The translations under genes and the position numbers were made by a program. From assembly GCF_000143415.4 (NCBI RefSeq), contig NW_003314284.1, positions 1,284,693-1,348,692 of the forward strand: 64,000 nt of DNA, read 5' to 3'. Shown piece by piece: positions 11,946-25,359 of this stretch. Position 1 is the first letter of the stretch. Every line of letters begins with the position of its first letter. Source of the stretch: Selaginella moellendorffii. Its lineage: Eukaryota; Plantae; Lycopodiophyta. The notes under the pieces were generated by a model. It had not been told where the DNA came from, made no database searches, and was given only the letters and a program-made list of their open reading frames with translations.

Positions 11946-14639
11946 TTAAGCTTCATAAGCTTCAATGGTCACTTCGTCGCAAACTTGTGGCGAAGTTTCA
12001 ACTAGATTTTGGTCCCTGCTACCCGGAAACAATCGAGCCTGTTCTGGGCTTGGATTTGCGAGCCATCTCCAGTAGATGGCAGCAGCCCCTACGACCGCCA
12101 CCATCGACAGCGCCGAGAGGCCACCAAAATGATTCACCTCGCTCGCAACGATGGCCACTCCCATCATAACCAGCTCTGCGAGGCTCGCTAGCGATACCTC
12201 CGTGGTTCCTACCAGGTTGGCCTGCGAGATTGGCACCGCTGTCTGAAAGACTTGCGCGTCCACCATATCGTAGACCCAGAAGCCCAGCCTTGAAACTACC
12301 TGCAAACACCGAGAAGAAATCTTTAGTAGAGCGAAAAAAAAAAACACGAAAAAAGGAGAGCTTACTATCAAAACCAAGAATGTGATGAGGGCAGCCTGAT
12401 GTTTCACTTGAGTGCTCCAGTAGACAGCAACAGCCAGAGCAAGCAGCCCCGCTTGGAATACCAAAGCAGTCAATCCCGCCTGCGAGGTGGAAACATCTAA
12501 GCAATGTTTGCAAAACTCAATCGAGTTTACTTACTTTGAGCACCCCGAGCTTTCCTATCACTGCAGAAGAGACGAATGTGGCGACGAAACCCATCAGTGC
12601 ACACATCCCGCGAAAGCTTCCAATGATCGACGGGTTCAGTCCTAGGCAAAACAATTTTTTAAGAGAGCGAGAGAGCTCTGTGTAAAGCTTTACCTTGCTG
12701 CGTTAGGAAAGACGTCATGAGGCTTCCAGGTCCAAGGACGGCATTGAAGTATAAGAGAACGTAAGCGACACTTGCTGGAAGAATTGGTTGTGACAAGTAT
12801 TGAATCCATCCACGCTTGATGGCACGAAAGCCTTCCTCGGCTGGACAATATGGAAAAAAAGAAGACAACAGTTAGTTATCTAGACGGCAGTAGAAATTCA
12901 AGGCAGCCTTACATGATTGATCTTGATATCCTTTGGACTCGGTCCAGTTACGCGTTTTGGGGCGATCTAGTACCCCTTTCGAAAGCTTATATGTACAATG
13001 AACAAGATATATCTGTAATAACAACATTGATAAGAACCAAAAGTTTAAAGATTTTACCTTACCAGGAGAGGAAGAGATGTAACCATTGCTACCGCGGCAA
13101 TGCAAATGCATTTGACAGGAGTATACCTCGACAACAATATTCCAAACAGAAGCGGACCAGCTATCTGAAAATCAAGAAAGCTTCAGCATTGAAAAGTCAC
13201 GAAAGAGAACATTATTATACCTCGCAGACTAGATCAACTCTTCTCAGTATCGCATTTGCATTTGCTAAAGCCAGAGACCGATTTGATCCTGCGAGCTGCA
13301 AAACCGAGCAAAATCGTGATTGAGATATCGAGCAGTTTTCTTGAATGAGACTGGAAATTACCTGAACGACCCAGTCCCTTTCGAAAGCAACGCCGCACGC
13401 AAGGCCAGCCAGCCGCTCCAACGCACCGAAGGTCATCAAAATGATGAACCAAGGTTTCAGGAGAAGTCCAGACGTTGTGGACGCTGTTGCTGCTCCACCA
13501 CGAAGGGCGAAAACTACCACGGCAGCAGAGACGACCATGGAGAAAGTCTGCAAATACGAAGGTTTCATACGACTAAATCCACAATACGCGTGCATACCTG
13601 AACAATGCTTAGAAAGTTAAACGATGCAGGCCTTGGCATGGAATCCATGAACGCTCCTACGCAAGGGCCACCGACGAAGATGACCAGCTGCAAGCAGTGT
13701 CCAAAGTAGCGTTAGTGAAGTGACGAAAACTTGCGGGCTTTAAACACACAATGCTTGTACGTAAAAGAAAAGAAAACACAGGATCAAACTTATAAAAACT
13801 ACCTGGCTTACGAAATTCTCCGCAGCCACGGGGAGGAAGCTGCGGTGCAGAATTGCGATAACCGCAGGAAGAGCAAAGTGCCAAGCGTGCTCCAGTAGGC
13901 AGGAAAGAAAGTGTATCCCATACAGAGCTGGTATGCAAACAATCAACGAGCCAAAAAAACACTATGAGCATTGGGATTACCTGGCCAACAAAGCTGAGCA
14001 TTGCCACAGGTAACAACGTATCGGATAGGAGAGAAATCACAGCAGGCAGTCCAAATCGCCATACTCGCTCCATGAAGCACGCAGCAACATAAGTTGCATA
14101 CATGGCTGGGGGCCAACAAGAGGAGGCACCCAGGTCCAGAGTTAAAGCGAGAGGAAAAGCCACAAGCCAAACCAGGAACAAGAAACTCCAAAATTTTGGA
14201 GGAGTTGCTTACCAAACAAGCTCTCTGGATGAGCAGGAGTTGCAGAGATTCGCGCCTGTTCTTCTAGTGTTTGTACCTGCATTCCAAAGCATTAGATTTG
14301 TCTCGCAGCCTATAGTATAATTCACCTGAAGCTCTGATAGCAAACCATCTGACAGTGATTCATCCGGCTGCGGGGATTCGCCTTCCACGACTTGGACATG
14401 GTTCTGTCCAAACTCGTGCGTAAAATGCGTTACATGAGAAGCTTGGCGCCTACAGGAAATGTATAAGGAGAAACCAAGGAAAAGAAAGGAAAAAAACCAA
14501 ACCTTTGGAGACATGGAAATCCACACTTTGGAACTTGGAGAGCACCACCGACCAATCTAATCGGACTCACAGTCGGCGCTCTCAACCTCAGATTGGAGTC
14601 ACCGACACAACGCGTAAGGGCTCCCCTTGCGAGAGCCAT
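11946..14639 (-). CDS. IREG3: Ferroportin/SLC40 transporter of the IREG3 (FPN3/MAR1) type with transit-peptide-like N-terminus. 5' exons: 14639-14503, 14449-14326, 14276-14213, [14105-13981 or 13927-13803], 13687-13598; further exons to 11946
   Basis: [89 protein letters not shown] and [16 protein letters not shown]...[14 protein letters not shown]. Splice phases are consistent across the 5' exons. Confidence 0.9.
13803..13927 (-). other. IREG3: IREG3 alternative exon 4B (125 nt, phase 1 to 0): (A)[41 protein letters not shown]
   Basis: tacCAG|CTCTG acceptor and CAG|GTAGTT donor; open frame; 19/42 aa identical to exon 4A with no gaps. Confidence 0.85.
13981..14105 (-). other. IREG3: IREG3 alternative exon 4A (125 nt, phase 1 to 0): (A)[41 protein letters not shown]
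   Basis: cccCAG|CCATG acceptor and CAG|GTAATC donor; open frame. Confidence 0.85.
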
Positions 14640-14989
14640 ACTTTGCTCACTGCATCAAACCCTGAATGAGTTCCTCCTTTGTTCTAGGAGATATAATCAC
14701 AAAACCATATCTTTGGTACTTAGCTTGGCCATCTAAAAGACGAGTGCTCGTGAGAGAAAGACGTGGGTGTCTCCTGTCCCATTATCAGACACACGAGTGA
14801 CGTGGACAGTGATAAGGCGAATCTCCATTACTGGCGCGAGCAAACCATTAGTTGGATAAACATCCTTACTTGACCTTCAAGAGATCCAGAAAACAAAAAA
14901 GAGTTTGCAAAGTAGATCCGATGAAGATGATAGGCTAGCATTCAAGAGTGAAAGATCGAAGAATCTACAAGACCAAACTTTAGAATGAT

Positions 14990-15200
14990 AAGTACATGAA
15001 ACTTTCATCTCAGCCAGAGCCTCAGATGGAACCAGCGAGAAACTTAACTGGTGGCTCGCCAAGTGATAGAGCTCGTTTGCGGCATGGCACGAGAAGAGCA
15101 GATAAATCCGAGGCGGGACCATCCATGCGAATCTCATAAACAAGAGCGAGTACTGTAAGGAGAAGAAAATAAAAGGACCACATTTCAACGAGGAAATCAA
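14990..15200 (-). pseudogene. Fragment of the MPC1 last exon
   Basis: [32 protein letters not shown] versus [35 protein letters not shown] at 18846-18950. Confidence 0.85.
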
Positions 15201-15204
15201 TTTC

Positions 15205-16830
15205 ACGCGCCAGCGAGGTAACCAGCAACGTTACGGTGGCCCGAAAGTACTGTTTTTCGTGCTCCCATGCTACTAGGTTGTACACAAGCTTGAAGAGGTG
15301 ACTTGTCGAGATTTCTTGTGGCAAAGCGGTAAAAGAGCGTTTATTTTTTGGTTGCAGCTCAAGGAGAGAGATATTCCGACGCCAGCCACTGAAGCGATGT
15401 ATTCGGCGGAAGGAATTACATGTATGGCTTGTCTCTTTTCCTTTTCACTTCTAACTCTTGTGTCGCTCATGTCTAGAGTTCCTTGTACTTTCTCTTCTGG
15501 ATGCCCTTCTCCTGTTTGATGTGAGCGAGCAACTCTGTGTGCTCTTCTTCGCGTGGCTGCAGCTCCAGGTCCAGGCAAACAAGCATCCGCGCGAATGGCT
15601 CGACGCTTTCGTAGCTCAAGCCAAAGCTGGCGGCGGGGGCGACCTGATCTGCTTCATAGACACCGTGCACGCATACAGGTTTCAGAAATTCTTTCTGCCA
15701 ACCAGGGAGAACATCGACAACGTCTATAACGTTTGGTTCAAGGAACTCCCGATGGTAGAGTGGCAATCGATCGACCTCACCCCCGGCGTCCGCCAGGTGT
15801 TGGAGGTAAAGTCCTTAGCTCGATTTGCAAAACAGAAACAGGCTTTGTTTGTTCTTTTTTTTTTTTTCTGGCAGGAGGTGGTGGCAGCAGTGACTCACAC
15901 ATTCGAATGGGACCAAAGCCTTCTTGTACCTCTGGAGTGCTGGGTTCCAAGAAGCTCGCTTGTTTACCAGTACAGCCCTCGCGAGGTTTCATACTTTATG
16001 GACTTTACGGGCCGTCTGATGTACACTTGGACACTAACGAAGAAGGGGCAGCGGGACCATGCCGAGCTCCAGAAACTGTGCTCGACGGGCAAGTAGCACG
16101 CACAGTCGGTGACAGTGGGAAGCAGCGACGAGCGCCAGCTCTACCGTGCTGCCGCTGCCGTTTTCGGCAAGGATTTTAGCTGCCATTTCGTGCAGCTGTG
16201 CAGGAACGCGCAGTGGGAGCCGGATGGGGTCCCTTGCTCGCAATCCGAGCTGGGAGAAATAAGGGAGCTGGCATGGAGGGGGCTGATTTTAGTCTTCAAC
16301 TTCCAGCACAGAGTTCCGGAGCATTACTTTGACGACGGGCATAAACAAATGAGAAGTGAGGTGCCGTTCGGCGCCCTGATAGTCTACATTGTTCACGTAC
16401 GCACACTCTCTTTGTTTTTTTCGTTGGAATGTGTTTCTGATTTGTTTCCTTTTCTCTTGTGTGTTGTTTTGCGCAGCTGATATTTGAGGATCACTTGGCT
16501 CTAGACATTGATCGCAAAACGTCACAAGAATGTGAGTGACATGAATTATCTTTGCTTGGTGGAAGTATTTACTAAAGCTGTTTCTGTAGGCACGGTGGCT
16601 CTAAATAGTCACCCAAATCTTGATACAATCTGGATCAAGAGAGGCATTTTTATTGCATCAGATGCGACTAAGAAGAGATGTCTAGCTCTTGAGAAGTAGC
16701 CAGCGCTGATGAAATAGGCGATGCTATGGGTACATATTATGATCAGGAACACAAAGAGTTATGGTTTAAAATGGCCAAAATATTTAGATGGAGTTATGAG
16801 AGGCTCGCTGCATATATTGTAGCATACGCA
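15205..16830 (+). pseudogene. 5'-truncated inverted paralog of the unknown multi-exon gene at 35703-37771
   Basis: Near-identical peptides (WLQLQVQANK, KKGQRDHAELQ, SDERQLYRAAAAVFGKD, KRGIFIASD). Premature stops at 16094-16096 and 16697-16699, plus deletions. Confidence 0.8.
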
Positions 16831-17369
16831 ATTTCCAAAAGAACAATTTAAGAATATATGGGTTATAGGTCTTCCCAACTATAGGTGATAGCATGGATTT
16901 GTCGTGCCAGCATGCCAAGAGTATGCACTTACTAGACAGCTTTTTGACTTGAGTTGCAACGAATGAGTGCCACCGCCTGGCCTCCAAAATACCTTGTCCA
17001 GTAAGTGCTCAACGTTCATCATTGCGTTCAATGGGAAGAGCATCTTCAAATCCAGCATGAGCGGTATCATTTTGGACAGGGGATAGGACGGCAGGAACTC
17101 AAGAATCCATAGCTTAAGGCCGTATTCCACTATGATCAACAAGAGAATAGCAAGACTTTGTTCTCAATCGATTGCTGGAAAATATGCCGAAGAACAATTT
17201 CGTGGAGAGGTCAAGTATGATCTTTAGAACAAGTATAAAATTTTGAAATTGATATAGGAATCCAAGCTGCGAAGGACGACGGTATCCATAGAAACGTTTT
17301 GGATTTCTTAAGCTTGATTGCCTTTTTGATGGCCAAGATAAAGCTCTAGCAGCCTCAAGTAAATTTTTG

Positions 17370-17645
17370 GAAGTTCAGCGAGCGAGGCATGGTCAAGGCG
17401 GCCATGCTCTACGTCAGCGACCTCAAGGCTTTACGTGCTGAAGAGCGCTCTCAAGAAATCGGCGGATGGGAGCCCCGGCGAGGTGATGTGTTAGGCCAGC
17501 CAAGGACTCGAAAGTGAAGAAGGCTCGCTCGCCCGGCAAGAAGCAGCCAGTGGCGCCAGCGGGAAGAGGAGCAAGAATGGAAAACGAGGCAGAGACTGCC
17601 GAAAGATGCGTTTTTTCCAATGCAGTGTAGCGGCTCGGACAAAAT
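17370..17645 (+). pseudogene. Inverted, internally deleted fragment of the PPR gene 3' end
   Basis: Encodes pieces KAAMLY.SDL, ALKKSADGSPGEVM and PAKDSKVKKARSPGKKQPVAPAG.GARMENE, as in 31090-30570 (minus strand). Confidence 0.85.
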
Positions 17646-17919
17646 GACTAGGATGGGGTGGTGGAAATGGAACAGGTGGGACTTCCTAACGGATGATGAC
17701 TTCGCCTATTGGACACTGGTTGCAAAACAAGATAGTCAGTTGGTGAACTTGGATTTCGTGGGTGTGCACTTTGGATCTGCATGGTGCGAAGGACATTGGC
17801 AACTTACTGGTGTGGAGCACATCGGCTCCAAGTTGAGCAATGGCATCACCATTGTCCACAAATTATATGGCATGGGTCAAGTTAAATGTATTTCATGTCT
17901 CTAACAATCAACATCTTTT

Positions 17920-18300
17920 TAAGTTACCATGATCCCAACATGTTAACTTGACCATGTTGGGAAAACTATTTTGCTTTTTCCAACTTATCAAGAAGTCCTT
18001 AATTGTTGGTAATATGTACTTGATCTTCTTTTGTGTATTTGTTCAGCAATTGATAATTTATGTACATGCATATCTACTTGTCTTCTTTACGAACACCAAA
18101 GCCTCATGATATACCCCTTATTGACTAACTCATCAAACTGCCACTTGAATTCCTGTAATTCCCTTTTGTCCAACCAATATGCTACTACTTTCACTCCCTC
18201 CATATACTCAATTTCATGTTCTATAGCAAGTGGTAATTTTGTCAGAAGTTCCACATACATGGTATCTCAGAAACAGTGTAACACCCATTTTGCCTCTCAC
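17920..18300 (-). mobile_element. Decayed Ty3/gypsy pol fragment (start of RT)
   Basis: Minus-strand LPLAIEHEIE..., LDKRELQEFKWQFDELVNKGYI and LLDKLEKAK.FS resemble the gypsy RT N-terminus. Confidence 0.55.
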
Positions 18301-18736
18301 AAACATGTTCCTTTAATGAGTTGGTCTACCAGATTTAAATAAGACCTAATTAGTTAGATCTTGGGATAACATTCCAAAGATCACATTAAATCTACATAAA
18401 TAAAAAGGTGAAATCACTTGAATGCTAGCTTAATTTGTACTTTTAACTACTTTGAACAAACTTCTTAGATGTTTGAGCCTTCACTACTGTATGTTTCAAG
18501 AGATCTTGAATGCCTGAAAGTTTCAAGTAAGTTTAACCTGAATTTTATCCATCTAATCGATTGCCTTCCATGTCACTTTTGTATTTAATATTGGGACAGA
18601 AGGAAAACTTGAAAGAATGCTTCTAATAATTTGTTAATGTAATAGTTAGGAAAAAGAGATGGCAATAGCAGTAGATCCAAAACTTCCCACGAAGATGAGA
18701 GTATAGTATAGTATATGAAAACTTCCATCTCTTCCA

Positions 18737-19276
18737 TCAGCTCTTCGCAGCAGAGCCTTTCGATCTGCCCAAGAACGAAGATCGTACGTTGGAACCAGCG
18801 AGAAAACTAAGCGAGAAACTTAACTGGTGGTGATTGTAGATCCTCGCCAAGTGATAGAGCTGGACCGACTCGTTGGCGGCATGGCACGAGAAGAGCAAAT
18901 AGTTCCGAGGCTGGACCATCCACGCAAATCTCATAAACAAGAGCGAGTAGATACACATCACTGTAAGAAAAAAGATAAAACGATTCAAAGAGGAAAATCG
19001 ATAGGAAGAAGAAGAGAATTCATACACTAGAAAAATGCGCTTAGTTTCAAATGATTTCCCAAGAGAATGTACCACTCGTCATGTTGCTCGACATCATGTC
19101 TGGCGGCTTGTTGAGATCCACAAGCCCCTGCGAGCAAGAAATTCACAATTAGAGCTAAAATTTCGCAAAAGAATCGATCTCACAGCAACGACGAATCCCC
19201 AATTGGCAACGGGGCCCCAAAAATGCGTCGTCTTGGGACCGACTGGGCTGTTCAAGAAGTTCTTGAATGCCGACAT
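18737..19276 (-). CDS. MPC1: Mitochondrial pyruvate carrier 1 (3 or more exons)
   Basis: [31 protein letters not shown]|[17 protein letters not shown]|[27 protein letters not shown]. The C-terminal end is uncertain. Confidence 0.92.
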
Positions 19277-19402
19277 TCTCGAGTTGACAAGAAGCCCTAA
19301 ATGGAAAACCCTAACGCTATGGTTTCGGTTATAAAAGGGTTATAAAGGTTTTAGTTTGAATCTTATAGTTTTAGTTTTTTCGTTTTGATAGGTTACATTG
19401 TT

Positions 19403-22681
<3,279 letters not shown>

Positions 22682-22736
22682 GGCGTAGCTATCGCGCCAT
22701 GCCCCAGCTCAAAAACCCTAAACCTAGGGACTCAAA

Positions 22737-22750
22737 TTTTGGCGGGAAAA
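22737..22750. promoter_or_regulatory. Overlapping double E2F site TTTTGGCGGGAAAA upstream of MCM3
   Basis: Matches the E2F consensus on both strands (TTTGGCGG and TTTCCCGC), 55 nt upstream of the MCM3 ATG. MCM genes are established E2F targets. Confidence 0.75.
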
Positions 22751-22791
22751 CCCAAAAACTTATTTGACAAAGGAAAAAAGGATCACAACGT

Positions 22792-24702
22792 CTAGTATTG
22801 GATCATTCTTAGCTCGTACTCGCCCGCTGTTGTGATGTAACGCACCCATGGCAATGCTTGGTAGCCGCTCTTCTCTATGATCTTCAAATAGCGAACCTGG
22901 AAGCAAGCGAAACAAACGCAAACTCAAACGAAAACCTTGGAGCTTTTAGCTCGAAGAACTCACCTGGATTCCTGAAACAGTGAAGTAAGGTATCTCAAAC
23001 TTTACTCGAATTGGCGCACGCTTCTCTGGCACACTCTCCTCACTCACAATGCTTGGCAGGCCAAATTGAGCTCTCAACATGTACTCCTGAGCGAAAAAGT
23101 CGTGAGAGTTTGAAAGAAGAAAGGAGAGCGATTGAAGTACCTTGCCGCCGGGGAATGACTTGATCTTCCATACCAAGGCTTCTTTCTCGGGAGCATAGAC
23201 TGATGAGCCCATGGATGTTCTCACGTTGGGTGTGGTGGCATCTGCAGGAAGCGGCAGCTCAATTTCGACATTGGTTGCCGTGCTGCAAAGAGTAGAGAAA
23301 ACATATGAGACTGAAAATGCGAACTATTCAAATACCTGCGTTCTTTGAACTGACTGCGGGCTTTCACTGCGTACTCCACGCGACTCCGAGAATGTCTCTC
23401 GACCTGAGCTTCTACCCATATCAAAGGTCTCACCTGATCAAAGGAATGGTCAGAAAATTAACTCAAACATCGAGGGCGTGTAACAACCTGTGTACTTAGC
23501 CTATATGTCATGAGATCAAAAGCACCATCCGGAGGAATGAAGGATATTGTCCTGTCGTTCTCGAAGCGAGCCAGCCGAACACACCTATCCCCAAAACGTG
23601 GTGACTACAATGTAGCACAATAGGTGTAATGACTTACTGGTGAAATTTGATATCATCCAGGTCGATGGCTTTGCCCTTGGTCGAGCGCCCTTGTGCCTCT
23701 AGAAGAACCCTGTCGTTGAGACCGAGCTTGCATTCCGGCATACCCCTGACAAACAAAAGATTATCCGCTTAGAACTGCAAGAATCAAAGGCAAAAAAAAA
23801 AAAAAAACATACGTCAAGTATGTTCGCATTTTCAAAGCACCGACAACGTCTGAGCGAACCAGCTGACCGTTGCTATTAACAAGAATGTTGACGCTTTCGA
23901 CAACATCGAGAAAAACCTGCAATCCACGATAAAAGCGAGACAATTTAAAACGTAGTTTTTGTACCTCGTTCTTTTTGTAGCGAATGCCTTCACTACGCCA
24001 GGATACTGCATTTGTCACTGCCATGGGAGGACGTTGAGTGATTTCAATCTTGTAAGCATCTGTTTTGATGAACTCGCTCAAAATATTTGCTTCCGTGAAC
24101 TGAGGATATCCGAAGTCCATCATCTCGTCCAAAAGTTCGTACTGCAAATGCAATTAGAAAAATATGAGAAAACAGAACAAACACCGGAGAGTCACGGAGA
24201 AAAAACAAAATTACCACTACAACAAAATTATCTCTCAACGACTCTTCTTCCAGCTCTTCAAAGTAATGCTTAAAAACCTGAAACAGAAACAAAGAACACA
24301 GGTTAATATCGATTTCAACCAGCACTCGTAACTTAAGAGCTCCAAAGAGTATGAGGATACTTTACATCGATAACTCGATGCAGAAACAAAAGGAGACTCG
24401 CAGCATTGCAATTTTGTCTGGATGCCGTCATTACGTACACGTTGTTGTGCTGGACGAAAAGATAAGTCACTCCATCGTCGAAAACAACAGGATCTTGGGA
24501 GCTTGAATCACTCTAGAAAAAAAAAAGAGTACATCCTAGAGCAACCAAACAACAAAATAGAATCTGGACGTACCTCTCCTTCTTGTATCTTGGCAAAAAA
24601 GCGTTCAGCCTGCGCTGCTGATACATCTCCGCGATAGTCTCTCCATACTAAAACCCGACCCTTCATATCTAAAAGAAAGAGTGCTGAGGCAGCACCCGCC
24701 AT
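22792..24702 (-). CDS. AP1M: AP-1 adaptor complex subunit mu (multi-exon)
   Basis: MAGAASALFLLDMKGRVLVWRDYRGDV, YELLDEMMDFGYPQ, VSWRSEGIRYKKNEVFLDV, LVWKIKSFPGGKE, FEIPYFTVSGIQV, WVRYITTAGEYELR. Confidence 0.95.
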
Positions 24703-24764
24703 CGCCTCCTGTTTAATCTCTTTCTCTCTTCCCCCTACGACTAAGTCCCTATGATTTTCCTCTA

Positions 24765-25218
24765 TCAGTTCCTGCTCCTACTTGCCTCGGAGTTTGTGGA
24801 TCCATCGAGCCCGCTACCAGTGCCAACCAATTCCTTGAGAAGCTGGAGTATCAACACAGGTGACGCTTCTAGCTGCATTAGCTCCCACAGCTGCATTCCA
24901 ATCTATAAGCTTCCATACCCTAAAAAAATCGCAATGCTCGAGACAGTACCGTGAGAAAGACGTCCTCTCGGATTTCCAGGCCCGCGAGCTGCGTCAGTTC
25001 CAATACCTTCTGTTCTTCTGCACGAGATCATCCCACAAGAATGTGTGTGAGAGAGGAGACTTCGCCAGATCCAGCGAGAAAACGCGAAGCGAGGCAAGAT
25101 CACTCGCATTGGCGGCCTTTCGGCCCCAATTGCTGGGAGATCCACGCAGCGCGAGGAAATTCCACAGTGCCCGGATCGAGCGCGTACCTGGAGATAGCGC
25201 TCGTGACGCCGCTGCCAT
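24765..25218 (-). CDS. MZT2: MZT2/MOZART2-like protein, 74 aa; exons 25218-25188, 25017-24950, 24890-24765
   Basis: Canonical GT-AG splicing with matched phases gives MAAASRALSPEEQKVLELTQLAGLEIREDVFLTLWELMQLEASPVLILQLLKELVGTGSGLDGSTNSEASRSRN. This aligns without gaps to the recalled MZT2 core (LS.EE....EL.Q.AG..I..DVF..L..L..L...P....Q.LK). Confidence 0.75.
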
Positions 25219-25359
25219 AACCTAGAAATTCCACACAGAGCAAAGGCCATTTCTTCGCCTTTGGCTACCGCGAGCAAATCTCAGCCGTCCAGGTCTCTTG
25301 TACACATCGCAGCCGTTGAGATTCAAAGCTCGAAATATTTTCCGAGGGTTTTGGGAGAG

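Noticed and set aside
16840-17370. Coding-like stretch between the unknown-family copy and the PPR fragment
   Set aside because: I could not assign a frame or a family.
24860-25277. ORF-track proteins of 121, 124, 89 and 74 aa between AP1M and the methyltransferase
   Set aside because: Better explained as unspliced or antisense frames over the 3-exon MZT2-like gene.
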